DNA of 64,000 nucleotides, taken from Escherichia coli. GTDB taxonomy: Bacteria; Pseudomonadota; Gammaproteobacteria; Enterobacterales; Enterobacteriaceae. The notes under the pieces were generated by a model. It made no database searches. It had not been told where the DNA came from and saw nothing but the letters and a program-made list of their open reading frames with translations. How positions within the stretch are numbered: position 1 is the stretch's first letter; each line of letters opens with the position of its first letter. Both the position numbers and the translations under genes were made by a program. The stretch is from the NCBI RefSeq assembly GCF_045037415.1, contig NZ_CP173438.1. One strand, written 5' to 3'. This document shows positions 11,266 to 22,074 of this stretch, piece by piece.

Positions 11266-11516
11266 AATGATCCTGTTTGTACTGTCTTTTTATAATTAGT
11301 ATGGAAAAGGTAACTCACATTGCCGTCGATCTATAAACGAACCTTATGAGACTACCTCGACAGAGCGCATCTGCAAATGATTTTATGGCTGATTAGCGGC
11401 AACATGAAAAATTCGATGGAAGATGAAAGCGCAGGAGTTGCTGGTGTTGTTTAAGGATTAAGCAGAGGGCCCACAGGTTCGAGATATGAAACATAAAAGT
11501 CCGCATATGCACAAAA

Positions 11517-12632
11517 TTGCACCCTGATGATTCTGATAGACTGCATTGCATTATAACCAGTAGGGAGGCGAGGTTAGTTATGTTTTTAGTATCATTGTTG
11601 AGACGTATTGCATTTAGTTACTACGATTATAAAACTTATAATTTTAATATTGAAAAAACAGACTTTGTTGTCATACATATTCCCGATCAGATTGGCGATG
11701 CTATGGCCATCTTTCCTGTTATTCGGGCGCTTGAATTGCATAAAATTAAGCATCTATTAATTGTTACGTCGACAATTAATTTAGAAGTCTTTAATGCGCT
11801 CAAACTTGAACAGACTAAATTAACATTAGTCACAATGACTATGCAGGATCACGCAACATTAAAAGAAATAAAAGATTTAGCGAAGAACATAACACTGCAA
11901 TATGGTACGCCGGATCTTTGTATAGAGGCGATGCGTAAAAAGAACCTGAAAACGATGATATTTATCAGTCAGTTGAAAGCAAAAACGAATTTCCAGGTCG
12001 TCGGTTTAACCATGAAGTGCTATTCCCCTTTGTGTAAGAACGCGTCCCGGATGGATCAGAATCTCCGGGCTCCTGTACCCATGACATGGGCATTTATGAT
12101 GCGTGAGGCGGGTTTTCCGGCAGTCAGGTCAATATATGAATTGCCATTAAGCGATGATGTACTCGATGAGGTACGCGAGGAAATGCGATCGTTAGGATCT
12201 TACATTGCGCTCAATTTAGAAGGTAGCTCGCAGGAACGTACATTTTCATTATCGATTGCAGAAAATCTAATAGCAAAAATTCAAAGTGAAACAGATATTC
12301 CAATAGTGATCGTTTATGGACCCAAAGGGGAAGATAAAGCCAGGGCATTAGTGGATTGTTATAATAATGTCTACCGTTTATCCTTATCACCCTCGATTAA
12401 ACGTTCAGCAGCAATCATAAAAGATGCTTATATTGCAATAACTCCTGACACCTCAATATTACATATGGCAAGTGCCTATAATACCCCTGTTGTTGCAATT
12501 TATGCTGATTACAAAACGCGATGGCCCGCAATGGCCGATGTTTCGGAGTCAGTCGTCGTTGGGCAAAAAATTGACAATATAAGTCTGGATGAATTCGCAA
12601 AGGCATTAAAAAGTGTTTTGGCGAGAATTTGA
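11517..12632 (+). CDS. yeeL: Putative glycosyltransferase family 9 (heptosyltransferase-like) protein YeeL; appears intact here
   Basis: 371-aa ORF (possible true start at the ATG 63 nt downstream, preceded by GGGAGG) at the position between shiA and yeeJ; GT9 assignment is by recall, not computed. Confidence 0.65.
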   Translation: MHPDDSDRLHCIITSREARLVMFLVSLLRRIAFSYYDYKTYNFNIEKTDFVVIHIPDQIGDAMAIFPVIRALELHKIKHLLIVTSTINLEVFNALKLEQTKLTLVTMTMQDHATLKEIKDLAKNITLQYGTPDLCIEAMRKKNLKTMIFISQLKAKTNFQVVGLTMKCYSPLCKNASRMDQNLRAPVPMTWAFMMREAGFPAVRSIYELPLSDDVLDEVREEMRSLGSYIALNLEGSSQERTFSLSIAENLIAKIQSETDIPIVIVYGPKGEDKARALVDCYNNVYRLSLSPSIKRSAAIIKDAYIAITPDTSILHMASAYNTPVVAIYADYKTRWPAMADVSESVVVGQKIDNISLDEFAKALKSVLARI

Positions 12633-12759
12633 GGCAGTACTTATGCATAGTAATGCCGATCTGTTATGAACGGTGGTGTCATCAATACTCTGAGGCTGGT
12701 CAATCATCACAGAAAACCAGCCTTTGGATCAAAGCAATACTCACCGAAAATGATCATAG

Positions 12760-15657
12760 TCACACCGAACGCGATTCAGGAGGAACTGTTTGGTAAATAG
12801 CACCACCGGATCTTGGGGGCGCTGTGATTATTACAGTATTGCTATCACCGTCATTTTTGAATGTCACTTTACCAGTAGCATCAACGCCTACCCAGGAGGC
12901 CGAGCTTGAAAACGAATAATCAGCCGCCGTTTTTCCTGGTGCAAAGTTGTCATTATTCAACTGATAATACGCCCCGGTAAATCCCTGCGAAGGGAATGAA
13001 GCTGTCGGTAGGTTTGCACTATTCACTGACACTGTACCCGTCATTGGTCTGGTTTCCGCGCTAATGAATTCTATCGTGGTACTCAGACCCGCCTGATGAA
13101 CACCATTCAATACGGGGATCAGCGTTGCGATACCCTCTCCGCCTCCTGTAACAGTAGCTTTGTAATCACCGTTGATATTTTGACTGTAATCAATTGCGCT
13201 AATTTTCATATAGGGCACGTTTGTACCTGATTGCACAAATTCTATCCCTTAAGAAACTTTGATCGGATTGCCTGATATATCGTGCAGAACAAGATGTAGC
13301 TCAGCACTATCGGTAAAGTCCCCTTTCAGTGATGACTGGTTGTTCTTAAGGATGGACTGCGAGGCGTCTGCTGGGCCTGCCACTAGCGATATATCTACTG
13401 TTTGCATTCCACCTGCGCTTATGACTGCGCTTACAGTGACGCTCCCTGTTATCGCTCATCTCACGTTTGTTGTCGCGATTCCGTTTTGATCGGTCACGGC
13501 TGTTAATGACGTTAATGTGGTGGAGCCGCTTTTTAAGGCGAAGTACACAGTGAGACCTTCGATCAGGTTACCACTGCCATCCTCAACCGTTGCCTTTAAG
13601 GTACTTAAATCACTGTTGGTGGCGGCGATAGTCGACGGATCAGCGATAAAGCTAGCAACATGTGCGGTGCTTGGGTTGCCAGTAACCTTCACGGTTGTCT
13701 GTGTCTGTATTGTGACGCCGTTATGGAACGATGCAGTCACCGTATATGTACCGACTTTATTGCTGGTCAGAACGACTGGAGCCTGATCTGAAGAGTTGGT
13801 TCTCACTTTTCCGCCACTTAACGTCGCACCTTCTAGCGTTACGCTAAAGTTGATGACCTGACCCTCCACTGGAGTGCCATTTGCAGAGGTTAGCGTTGCC
13901 GTCAGAGTAGCGCCTTTAGGAGCATTGACACCGATAAGCGGACTGGACGTGAGTGTCAGTTTTTCATCAATAGCCTCCAGTTGTTTCTCAAGTGAAGCTC
14001 CATTCGCTAGGGATGCTTTTACAGTATACGAGCCGTTTCTTTCAGACGTCATGGTGACCTCGGCTACTCCCTGCGTATTAGTAGAGACCGTGTTCTGGCT
14101 GATGATCATTTGCGAGGATGGCGCTGCACTGAATGTCGCGGGTTGATGCGTCACCGGGTTGCCAAACTGGTCGTTAACGTGAGCTTTAACTGCTATGTCT
14201 TGTGCGACCATGACCTGACCTTCAGGTATCTCCTGACTGGTAATCGTCGCAGAATTAACATCTACCTTGGCATTCAGTAATCGCGAGATGACTTCAGTAG
14301 GTTTATCTGCCAGAGAGGCTGAAACTGTTTTTAGTCCGACCTCGGTGCTTGTCACAAGAATTTCAGCAAAAACCTGATCATCCGTTTCAACGCTGGTGCT
14401 GCTTAGCGTGACGGAGGTTCCACGGAAATTAACTTTTATACCTTCTACTGGGTTGCCGTTTCCATCAGTCACTGTTGCTTGTAGCCTGGTCATTCCAATG
14501 TTATTGGCGATGAAATTGTCCTCGGTAACGTTAAGATTAACCTGCGCAGTGAGCGTATCCGCAGTAAAGTTCACCACCAACTGCTCACTCTTACCGCCAA
14601 CCATCGATGCTGTCACGGTATGAGCGCCTGCTTTTGTACCTTTCAGCGTGACTTTCGCTTTGCCATCGGCATCAGTAACCGCTTTGTCGCCATCGCTCAG
14701 CGTGAAGTTCGCCTTCACATCTTCCGGTAGAGTAAATGTTACCTCAGTGTTGGCTATCGCATTGCCCTCTGTATCAGCGACGGTGCTGTTAGTGTCGTGA
14801 GATCGTTATTGTCGGCAATCACCGGATCCTTCGAGGCTGCCAGCGTGATTTCAGCATTCGTGACGTTCGGCACATAGTTCACTGTTTGTTGCATCGAATC
14901 GCCATTTTCGAGGGTTGCCGTCACGGGAGTTCTTCAGGCTGAAATCTTCATCCACGCCCAGCGTGATTCTTGCGGTACCGAAGCGGCTTAACCAGTCTGT
15001 CATTACCCCTGAAGCCTGAGAAGAGGCCCATCCACGTGCTATGTTTGCCGCTTGCTCGCTGTTCATATCTTCGGCGAGCAGAGATCCAATTAGCTGTGAA
15101 GTACTGGCTATCTGTTGCTCAAGGTTGCCACTGCTGTTACCCGGCGGCGGGGTTAAATTTTTTTCACTAACTTGTGCCTGGACATCCAGTTCATCACCCG
15201 GGCGGACATTACGAACAAACGTACGAAACTGGTTGAGTTTGCGTAACAGGGGGGTATCTATAATTTGTTGCACAGGACAAATATATCTGGCTTCTGTACA
15301 GAGTCTTAAATTTTGACCATAAATAAAACCGTCACTGTCAAGCATGCATAGTTTATCAAGTAGGTCTCCCACAAACTGCCTGAATTTTATTTTTCCATTA
15401 AAAGTTTGTATCTTCTTAAGTATCACAGGAGACTGGAAATAGATCGATAGTAGGATGTTGCCACTCAAGGCATGACGATAAATATCGCTAGGAGTAATTT
15501 TTTGTTTTATGGCTTTGGTAGTGATCTCAACTGCTTCCGTTATAGTGACCCATGTTGACATATAATGAGTTATAAGCAATGGCTGATATTTTTTTGACAT
15601 AATATTATCTCCTTCTACACAACAATTCGTTCCGTTAAGGAAAAAGATTGGTGTCAC
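12760..15657 (-). pseudogene. yeeJ: yeeJ-like inverse autotransporter adhesin remnant: large internal deletion plus frame breaks
   Basis: Three consecutive minus-strand ORFs (14851-15657, 13456-14718, 12760-13236) carry LysM-like N-terminal and Big-repeat C-terminal segments in different frames; total about 2.9 kb versus about 7 kb recalled for intact yeeJ. Confidence 0.65.
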
Positions 15658-16213
15658 AAGTATTTATTTATGATTAATCAGAGGGTTTATGACAGAGAAA
15701 AGGATGTATATTTCTGAGTAAACATGTACAGGCCTATGGGGTGACTATTTAATGAGTAAATGCCGAATGATTTTCGGGGTGATGATTATAACTTGAGGAA
15801 AAATCCCAGCGTGGTTTGAGTAGTGTACCTGAGTGATATTTGTGTTATGTATGCATTGATTGTAGCAGAATAAATATAGTTCAGGCTAGTATAGTTTATG
15901 GTAGCTATGAGAATATATAATCTATTTTACCTATAAAATAATTTATATGTATGGGGTTGTTTTTTTAGGTTGTTTGTCTGTGCTTTTATATTCTGGAGAT
16001 GTGCCTTGTATATAGGATTGTTTGTTGGTTGTATTTTTTAATGTTGCACTGTTGTGAATTTTTATTTTGATATGATTATTTCTTTAGTATAAGGAGAGAA
16101 AGGAACGAGAAAGTTAAATCTATTTATCCTAATCGCAATTTCATTGTTTAAATAATCACTATGGATTAATATTTTTGCGACTCTGCTGAGTTACTGGTTT
16201 TAACTAGTGGTGT

Positions 16214-16242
16214 AAAAGGGATACCTTTTCGGTATCCCTTTT
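16214..16242 (-). terminator. Terminator hairpin downstream of fyuA
   Basis: Inverted repeat aaaagggataccttttcggtatccctttt next to the fyuA stop. Confidence 0.5.
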
Positions 16243-16249
16243 ACAATAA

Positions 16250-18271
16250 TCAGAAGAAATCAATTCGCGTATTGATACCGACGGTGCGACCCATATTGAC
16301 CTGCGCGACGGCGCTGCTGCCGTTCATGTAGCCATAGGTACGGTAACGACGGTCGAACAGGTTATCGACATAGACGGAAATGTTCATCCGTTCAGTCGCC
16401 TGCCAGCCCAGGCTGCTGTCCAGGGTGGCATAGGTGCCTTGCCGCAACTGGTTGTCGCCATCGAAATAATGCGGCCCGACCAGATTAACCGCCAGTCGGG
16501 GCATCAGTGCGCCATAGCGCGTATCAATCACGCCGTTCACGCTGCTTCCCGCGCCATAACGTGGTACGAACGGCACCCGGTTACCGTGATACAACTCACT
16601 GTCATTGGTGAATTCGGAACGGATCACGTTGCCATTGATATCCCATGACCAGCCTGGCGCAAACCGCCACTTCGCTTCAAGCTCAACGCCGGTGGCGTCG
16701 GCTTTACCCGCATTGCTTAATGTCTGCATCCCGACCGGGCCAGAGTAAAGCTGCATGTCTTTGGTGTGGGTATAAAACGTCGCGGCTTGCAGCGTGACGT
16801 CAGCGGTTTCGTAGCGGGTGCCAAGTTCATAGTTGATGGATTTCTCGGCGACGAACGGTTTGGCATCAAGACCCGCAGTAGGCACGATGTTGTACCCGGA
16901 AGGTTTATATCCCTGGGCTACACGGGTATACACTCTCCAGTCATCGGTCAGCATATAGCCTGCGGATAGCTGCCCGAGCACCTGATCGTCATTGCTCTTA
17001 CCCTGGTCGCCAAACGGGTTGCCGAGCATGCTGCCGTGATATTGTGTACTGGATTTATCATGCGAGAAGCGCACGCCGCCGCCGATATCAAAACGATCGG
17101 TTAAATGCCAGGTCAGGTCACTGTATGCGGCCAGCGTTTCAGCGGTGGTATAGCCGGTACTGCTTAAATAAGGCATTGTCGGCATGTCGTAGGCTGAATT
17201 TAACTTCTCGCGGGTGTTCTGCCGGTACAGCCCAAACACCATATCAACGGTACGCGCATCGCCCAGGGTTGCAGCGCGCAGCTCCTGCACATCCTGATTC
17301 CAGCGCTGAGGCATATTGACGATTAACGAACCGGAAGGGAAGGTGCGCGAATAATGCTGCTGCTGCCAGGCGCTGATCAGGTTGAAAACCCAGTCATCGG
17401 TGGTGTATTTCCCACTCAGGGTCTGGCTGTCAGTGCAGCGCCGCATGTACGGGTCTGGTGAACCATCGCTGATCGACAGCTTACGGCCCTTAATATCATT
17501 CCATCCCACATAGGCGTCCTGGGTGGCGCGGGTACATTCGCGTGAGGCGGCAAAGCCCATTTCCCAGGGCTGATCGTCCGGCGCCAGACGCAGTTTCACA
17601 TTCCCTATGCTGGCGCGGGTGCCGCCTAAGTCATCGCTTCCCGTCGCGGGGTTAATCATGTCGCCGTCATCAACTTGGCGTAACAGGGTGACGCTGCCGT
17701 ACAGCAGGCCATCCTGAATGGGGCCGCTCAGGTTGAACTTACTTCGATAACTGTCGCGGCTACTGACGCCGCCTTCAATATAGCCGCGCGGCGTGCTGTC
17801 CGGCTGCTGGGTGACGATGTTGATGATCCCGCCCTGAGCGCTTTTGCCATATAACGTTCCCTGTGGGCCTCGCAGCAACTCCACGCTTTGCACATCGGTA
17901 AGCGCCTGGATGGTGTTGGTGGAAAGCTGAGGGACGCCATCGACATACAGGGTGACGGCGGGGTTATAGAAGTCCTGCGCTGAAGAGACGCCGCGTAGCG
18001 AGATCGTCGAAAAAAGCATGTTGCCGCTATTTTCAATATTGAGCCCGGGCAAGACTCTGGGGAGTTTGTCGCTGGCGGTGACGCCGGCGTCGCTTAATTC
18101 CGGCGCGCTGACAACAGTAGATGAGACGTTGTTGGCTGATGCCGAGCGGGAAGATTGTTTACTGGCGGTAACCACCAGCGTGCTTTCGTCTTGCTGTGAA
18201 GTCTGGGCATTAGCAATGGCGGGGAGCAATAATCCCCCCAAGGCCAGAGGATAAAGCCGTGTCATTTTCAT
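16250..18271 (-). CDS. fyuA: TonB-dependent outer-membrane receptor for ferric yersiniabactin/pesticin
   Basis: 673-aa ORF with signal peptide and a TonB-dependent-receptor C-terminal ...RIDFF motif; position at the end of the ybt cluster. Confidence 0.9.
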   Translation of the reverse strand: MKMTRLYPLALGGLLLPAIANAQTSQQDESTLVVTASKQSSRSASANNVSSTVVSAPELSDAGVTASDKLPRVLPGLNIENSGNMLFSTISLRGVSSAQDFYNPAVTLYVDGVPQLSTNTIQALTDVQSVELLRGPQGTLYGKSAQGGIINIVTQQPDSTPRGYIEGGVSSRDSYRSKFNLSGPIQDGLLYGSVTLLRQVDDGDMINPATGSDDLGGTRASIGNVKLRLAPDDQPWEMGFAASRECTRATQDAYVGWNDIKGRKLSISDGSPDPYMRRCTDSQTLSGKYTTDDWVFNLISAWQQQHYSRTFPSGSLIVNMPQRWNQDVQELRAATLGDARTVDMVFGLYRQNTREKLNSAYDMPTMPYLSSTGYTTAETLAAYSDLTWHLTDRFDIGGGVRFSHDKSSTQYHGSMLGNPFGDQGKSNDDQVLGQLSAGYMLTDDWRVYTRVAQGYKPSGYNIVPTAGLDAKPFVAEKSINYELGTRYETADVTLQAATFYTHTKDMQLYSGPVGMQTLSNAGKADATGVELEAKWRFAPGWSWDINGNVIRSEFTNDSELYHGNRVPFVPRYGAGSSVNGVIDTRYGALMPRLAVNLVGPHYFDGDNQLRQGTYATLDSSLGWQATERMNISVYVDNLFDRRYRTYGYMNGSSAVAQVNMGRTVGINTRIDFF

Positions 18272-18319
18272 TGTTGTGAGTCCCTGTAAGACGGCGAAAC
18301 GCCAAAAATACCGACAATG

Positions 18320-18395
18320 GTGAATTGAAAATGATAACTATTTCTAATAGTGGTGCTACCCGAAACGGGTTTATTTCAACCTGTTTCGGGTCGGT
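18320..18395 (-). promoter_or_regulatory. fyuA promoter region with Fur-box-like sequence and YbtA-type inverted repeats
   Basis: gaaaatgataactatttc resembles the Fur consensus; cccgaaacggg ... ctgtttcggg repeat resembles the repeats upstream of irp2. Confidence 0.55.
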
Positions 18396-18401
18396 TTGCG
18401 C

Positions 18402-19979
18402 TTATTGGGCAGAATGGCGATAACGGTCGACGGCGAGAGCCGTCAGGCGTTTTTTGTCTATCTTGCCGACGGCGGTGAGCGGCCAGTGGTCCAGAAACTC
18501 GATTTGGTCAGGAATTTTCCACGCGCTGAGCCCCATACGGGTCAGTTGTTGACGCAACTGCTGATAGTCAGTTGGCACCTGCTGCGCGATGATAAACGCG
18601 CAAATCCGCTCGCCAAGCAGCGTGTCCGGCGCGGCGACCACCGCGCAATCTTGCACTTCCGCTAAACGCAGCAGTGCCGATTCCACTTCAGCCGCGGCTA
18701 TTTTTTCTCCGGCGCGGTTGATCTGCTCTTTTATGCGTCCCTCAACGTGCAGGTTCCCCACCTCATCCAGCCTGACATTGTCGCCTGTGCGGTAAAACCC
18801 TTGCGCGGTAAAGGCCTGCGCGTTGTGGGCAGGGGCGCGGTAATAGCCCGAAATGGTATAAGGGCCGCGCGTTAACAATTGCCCGGTTTCGCCCGGCGCG
18901 ACGTCGTTCTCGTCTTGATCAACGATGCGGATTTCATCCAGAGGGGACAACGGGCGCCCCTGGCTGTGGAGAATGGTGGCATGCGGATCGTCCAGCCGGG
19001 TAAAACAGAGCAGGCCTTCCGCCATACCGAAAACCTGTTGCAGGGTACAGTCAAAGGTGGCGATAACCTGCTCAGCAAGCGTCGGGTCGAGCCGGGCGCC
19101 GCCTGCCTGAATGACGCGCAGCGACGAAAGGTCGCTGTCTTCCCACTCCCTGGCCTGCACCCATAATTGCGCCAGCGCCGGAACCAGGGCGACGTGAGTC
19201 ACTCTTTCCTGCGCGATTAAAGGCATCACCTCATCACAGCTGGCGCTGTCGGTCAGCACCACTTTTCCGCCGCAGGCAAGCGTTCCCAGAATACCGGGGC
19301 AGGCCAGCGGAAAGTTATGCGCCACCGGGAGGACGGCGAGATACACGCTCTGTTGGCTGATGCCGCACAGTTCAGCAGAAGCGCTGAAGTTATAGCTATA
19401 GTCGGCATGTCGGCGCGGGATGAGTTTGGGCGTGCCGGTTGTGCCGCCTGAGAGCAACAACAACGCGGTGGCGGAAACATCAGGCTGCGGCCATGCCTGT
19501 CGCTCACCGTGAAGGGAGAAGAGCGGCGTAAAATCGTCGCTCACGGTCTCTCCAGCGACCAGAACATGACGCAAGCAGGCGTGTTTGTGCGCCATCTGTC
19601 GGGCCAGCTCTGCGAGGTTTTCCCCGTGAATAACGTAAGCGACGGGTTGCGCCAGCTCAATCAGCGCGTCGATATCCAGAGCCCGTTGCGAGGGCATCGC
19701 CAGCACGGGGATAACGCCCAGTCTTAACAAGGCGAACAGCAGGGTAACAAACGCGTTGTCGTTGGGAAGCTGCACAATTACATGCTCCCCCGAACGCAAA
19801 CCCAGTGATGACAGACCTGCGGCAAGTTCGTCAACTTGTGCATCAAGCGCGCTGTAGGTTAACGACCCCTTTGCATCAACGACGGCAATTCGCGAGGCAT
19901 AACGGGCCGCCCAGTGGCGCAACTGTTCGGCAATGGGTAAGGGATACTGTTCAATCAGAGATTCAAAGGAAGAATTCAT
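18402..19979 (-). CDS. ybtE: Salicyl-AMP ligase (adenylation enzyme of yersiniabactin synthesis)
   Basis: 525-aa ORF with adenylate-forming enzyme motifs (LLSGGTTGTPKLI, YRTGD); operon position. Confidence 0.9.
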   Translation of the reverse strand: MNSSFESLIEQYPLPIAEQLRHWAARYASRIAVVDAKGSLTYSALDAQVDELAAGLSSLGLRSGEHVIVQLPNDNAFVTLLFALLRLGVIPVLAMPSQRALDIDALIELAQPVAYVIHGENLAELARQMAHKHACLRHVLVAGETVSDDFTPLFSLHGERQAWPQPDVSATALLLLSGGTTGTPKLIPRRHADYSYNFSASAELCGISQQSVYLAVLPVAHNFPLACPGILGTLACGGKVVLTDSASCDEVMPLIAQERVTHVALVPALAQLWVQAREWEDSDLSSLRVIQAGGARLDPTLAEQVIATFDCTLQQVFGMAEGLLCFTRLDDPHATILHSQGRPLSPLDEIRIVDQDENDVAPGETGQLLTRGPYTISGYYRAPAHNAQAFTAQGFYRTGDNVRLDEVGNLHVEGRIKEQINRAGEKIAAAEVESALLRLAEVQDCAVVAAPDTLLGERICAFIIAQQVPTDYQQLRQQLTRMGLSAWKIPDQIEFLDHWPLTAVGKIDKKRLTALAVDRYRHSAQ

Positions 19980-19982
19980 GCG

Positions 19983-20786
19983 TCACCTTTCTGAAGTACT
20001 GGGCTGTTTTTGCCACGCGGTCATTGCAGAAAATGCGTGGGGAAAATGGCGGACAATCTGCGTAAAAAAGGACCGGGCTTGTTGAATGGGATAGAAATGA
20101 TCGCCGTCAATCACCACCGGGCCTGTAACGTGGCTCAGCCACTGACGCCAGGCATCGACCTGCTGCCAGGAGGCTTCGCGATCGTGGCTGCCGCACAATA
20201 ACAGCGCAGGCGTGCGCAGCGGCGGACAGACGTCGGGCGAGTCGTAGTGATAGCTCTCGGTGGCGTAAAAATCAGCGCGCAGAAGAGGAAGAAACAGCGA
20301 CATTAATTCCTGGTTTTCCCGCAGTTCAGGAGAACATCCGCCAATGTCTATCAGCTCAGCGATAAAGTCGGCATCATCGCGATGGCTGAGCTGGCGTTCA
20401 GAATGCAGATGCGGGGCATGGCACCCGGAAATAATCAGTCCTTGTGGCGCAAGCCCCCGTTGCTCCAGAAGTCGGCAGGTTTCAAACGCCACCTGCGCCC
20501 CCATGCTGTGCCCGGCGAGTAAAAGCGGCGTGTCAGGCGATACGGATGCTTCCAGCTCGTTCGCCAGCAGTGCCGCCAGTTGTGTAATGTTTCTGAGCGG
20601 TTCCAGATGGCGAAGGCGATCGCGCCCCGGCCAGGTCACCAGAGAAAGCGCGCAATCAGCCAGTTGCTCAGCTTGCCAGTGGCGAAACGCGCTACTGCTG
20701 CCGCCAGCGAAAGGGCACATGACCAGATGCGCAGTATTGCCGTTCCGGGCGGGCCACAGCGGGATGCACATTGCAGATTGCGTCAC
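19983..20786 (-). CDS. ybtT: Type II thioesterase
   Basis: 267-aa ORF with alpha/beta-hydrolase GHSMG motif and GDHFYP; overlaps the ybtU stop. Confidence 0.85.
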   Translation of the reverse strand: MTQSAMCIPLWPARNGNTAHLVMCPFAGGSSSAFRHWQAEQLADCALSLVTWPGRDRLRHLEPLRNITQLAALLANELEASVSPDTPLLLAGHSMGAQVAFETCRLLEQRGLAPQGLIISGCHAPHLHSERQLSHRDDADFIAELIDIGGCSPELRENQELMSLFLPLLRADFYATESYHYDSPDVCPPLRTPALLLCGSHDREASWQQVDAWRQWLSHVTGPVVIDGDHFYPIQQARSFFTQIVRHFPHAFSAMTAWQKQPSTSER

Positions 20787-21883
20787 AGCGCCTCCTTATC
20801 ATCATCGTTGTAGAAACCGGCTAACCGGTCGTGGTGCGGCGGCGTCAGGCGTCTGATCTCCGCATTGCCGGTCTTACGTAAAATCTGCTGCCATAAACGT
20901 GATAACGCGATCTGATGTACGCTTTGGCAGGCCGCTGGTGGATGTTCGCCCGCCAGATGGCTGCGCAACTGGTGTAGCAACCAGCTGACGCCCTCCGGCC
21001 CGACGGTTTCGCAGCAGTCGCGCCAGCTCAGGGGCGCCGCGCTGCGCGTCAGACCCGGCAGATCGCGCAGGATCTCCGGTCTGCGGTAGAGGCTGTGGGC
21101 GTTCTCCTGATGGTCTGCGACAAACAGGCTGGATGACCAGATGACGGGGCCGTAGCTCGCCTCCAGCGAAAGATGACCTTCCGGCCAGCCCAGCAGCAGG
21201 CGGTGCATGATAAGGCTATGCATATCTGGATCGTCAGGATCGAGATAGCGCTGAAGCAGCAGGCAGGCTTCTCCCTCCGGCCAGAAGAGTCTCAGACAGT
21301 GAAAATCGCTAAAGCTGCCAACCACGTCGCACTCCACGGCGGCGGCATCAACGCCCAGAGCCAGCAACAACAAATCCAGAGTGGAGTAGAGCAACTGTCG
21401 GCTGGTGGTGGCGTGGACCACCTGCGGCGTCTTAGCCAGACAGCGACGCAGCTGCTGCGCATCGCGAAGCCATGTGCGTCCCGCGCGCGTATGCGGATAA
21501 AACGTGTTTACCCAATAGCAGCAGCCCTGTTCCTGCGCCAGCGTTTGTAAGGAACTGATGTCATCCGGGTGGAGGGGATGCTCCTGAATGACGTGTACGC
21601 CGCGCGTCAGAAAGTGTCTGGCAAGCTGCGTACCGGTTCCTCCGGCGACGGTCGAACGCACGACAATACAGGCGATATCCGGCATCCTGGTTATCTGTTC
21701 CGGCGAGGTATACAGCGGAATGCCAAACGCATGAGCCAGCTCTCTTGAACGGGCGCTTCCCTGCGCCAGCAGGCCGACCAGTTCCAGCCCCTCCGGGGGC
21801 TGCATAAAGGCATTCAGGTACATTTCGCCAAATTTGGCGCCCACAATCAGTACGCGTTGTTTTGGGGAGGCGGACGGCATCAT
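20783..21883 (-). CDS. ybtU: Thiazolinyl imide reductase
   Basis: Start at MMPSASPKQRVLIVGAKFGEMYLNAF gives 366 aa; the track ORF extends 20 codons further upstream. Confidence 0.85.
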   Translation of the reverse strand: MMPSASPKQRVLIVGAKFGEMYLNAFMQPPEGLELVGLLAQGSARSRELAHAFGIPLYTSPEQITRMPDIACIVVRSTVAGGTGTQLARHFLTRGVHVIQEHPLHPDDISSLQTLAQEQGCCYWVNTFYPHTRAGRTWLRDAQQLRRCLAKTPQVVHATTSRQLLYSTLDLLLLALGVDAAAVECDVVGSFSDFHCLRLFWPEGEACLLLQRYLDPDDPDMHSLIMHRLLLGWPEGHLSLEASYGPVIWSSSLFVADHQENAHSLYRRPEILRDLPGLTRSAAPLSWRDCCETVGPEGVSWLLHQLRSHLAGEHPPAACQSVHQIALSRLWQQILRKTGNAEIRRLTPPHHDRLAGFYNDDDKEAL

Positions 21884-22074
21884 AACGTGTTCTCCGGTTG
21901 CGTTGAGGTTGCGCAAAGCCAGCGCGTAATGTGTTGCGCACAAGCCTGAACGTGGGGGGCTTCCATCATGATTTGCCAGTGGCTGGCTTCAATCACAGCG
22001 TCGTCGGCGTTGTTTATCCAGCCCTGCCACTCGGTTTCTGCTGGCGTCCAGTGCGCGGGTTCTCCCGGCGGCAT
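21880..22074 (-). other. irp1: Displaced C-terminal ~60 codons of the irp1 thioesterase domain in a shifted frame
   Basis: Track ORF ...PPGEPAHWTPAETEWQGW...TL ends exactly at the ybtU start; removing one G from the run at about 22063-22066 would restore a single ORF of about 3163-3164 aa, the length recalled for HMWP1. Confidence 0.6.

Noticed and set aside
14851-15657. N-terminal ~130 residues of the first yeeJ fragment as a possible separate gene at the island junction
   Set aside because: The same ORF continues into a LysM-like and yeeJ-like segment, so it is more simply the native or divergent N-terminus of the adhesin remnant; no independent start or domain evidence.
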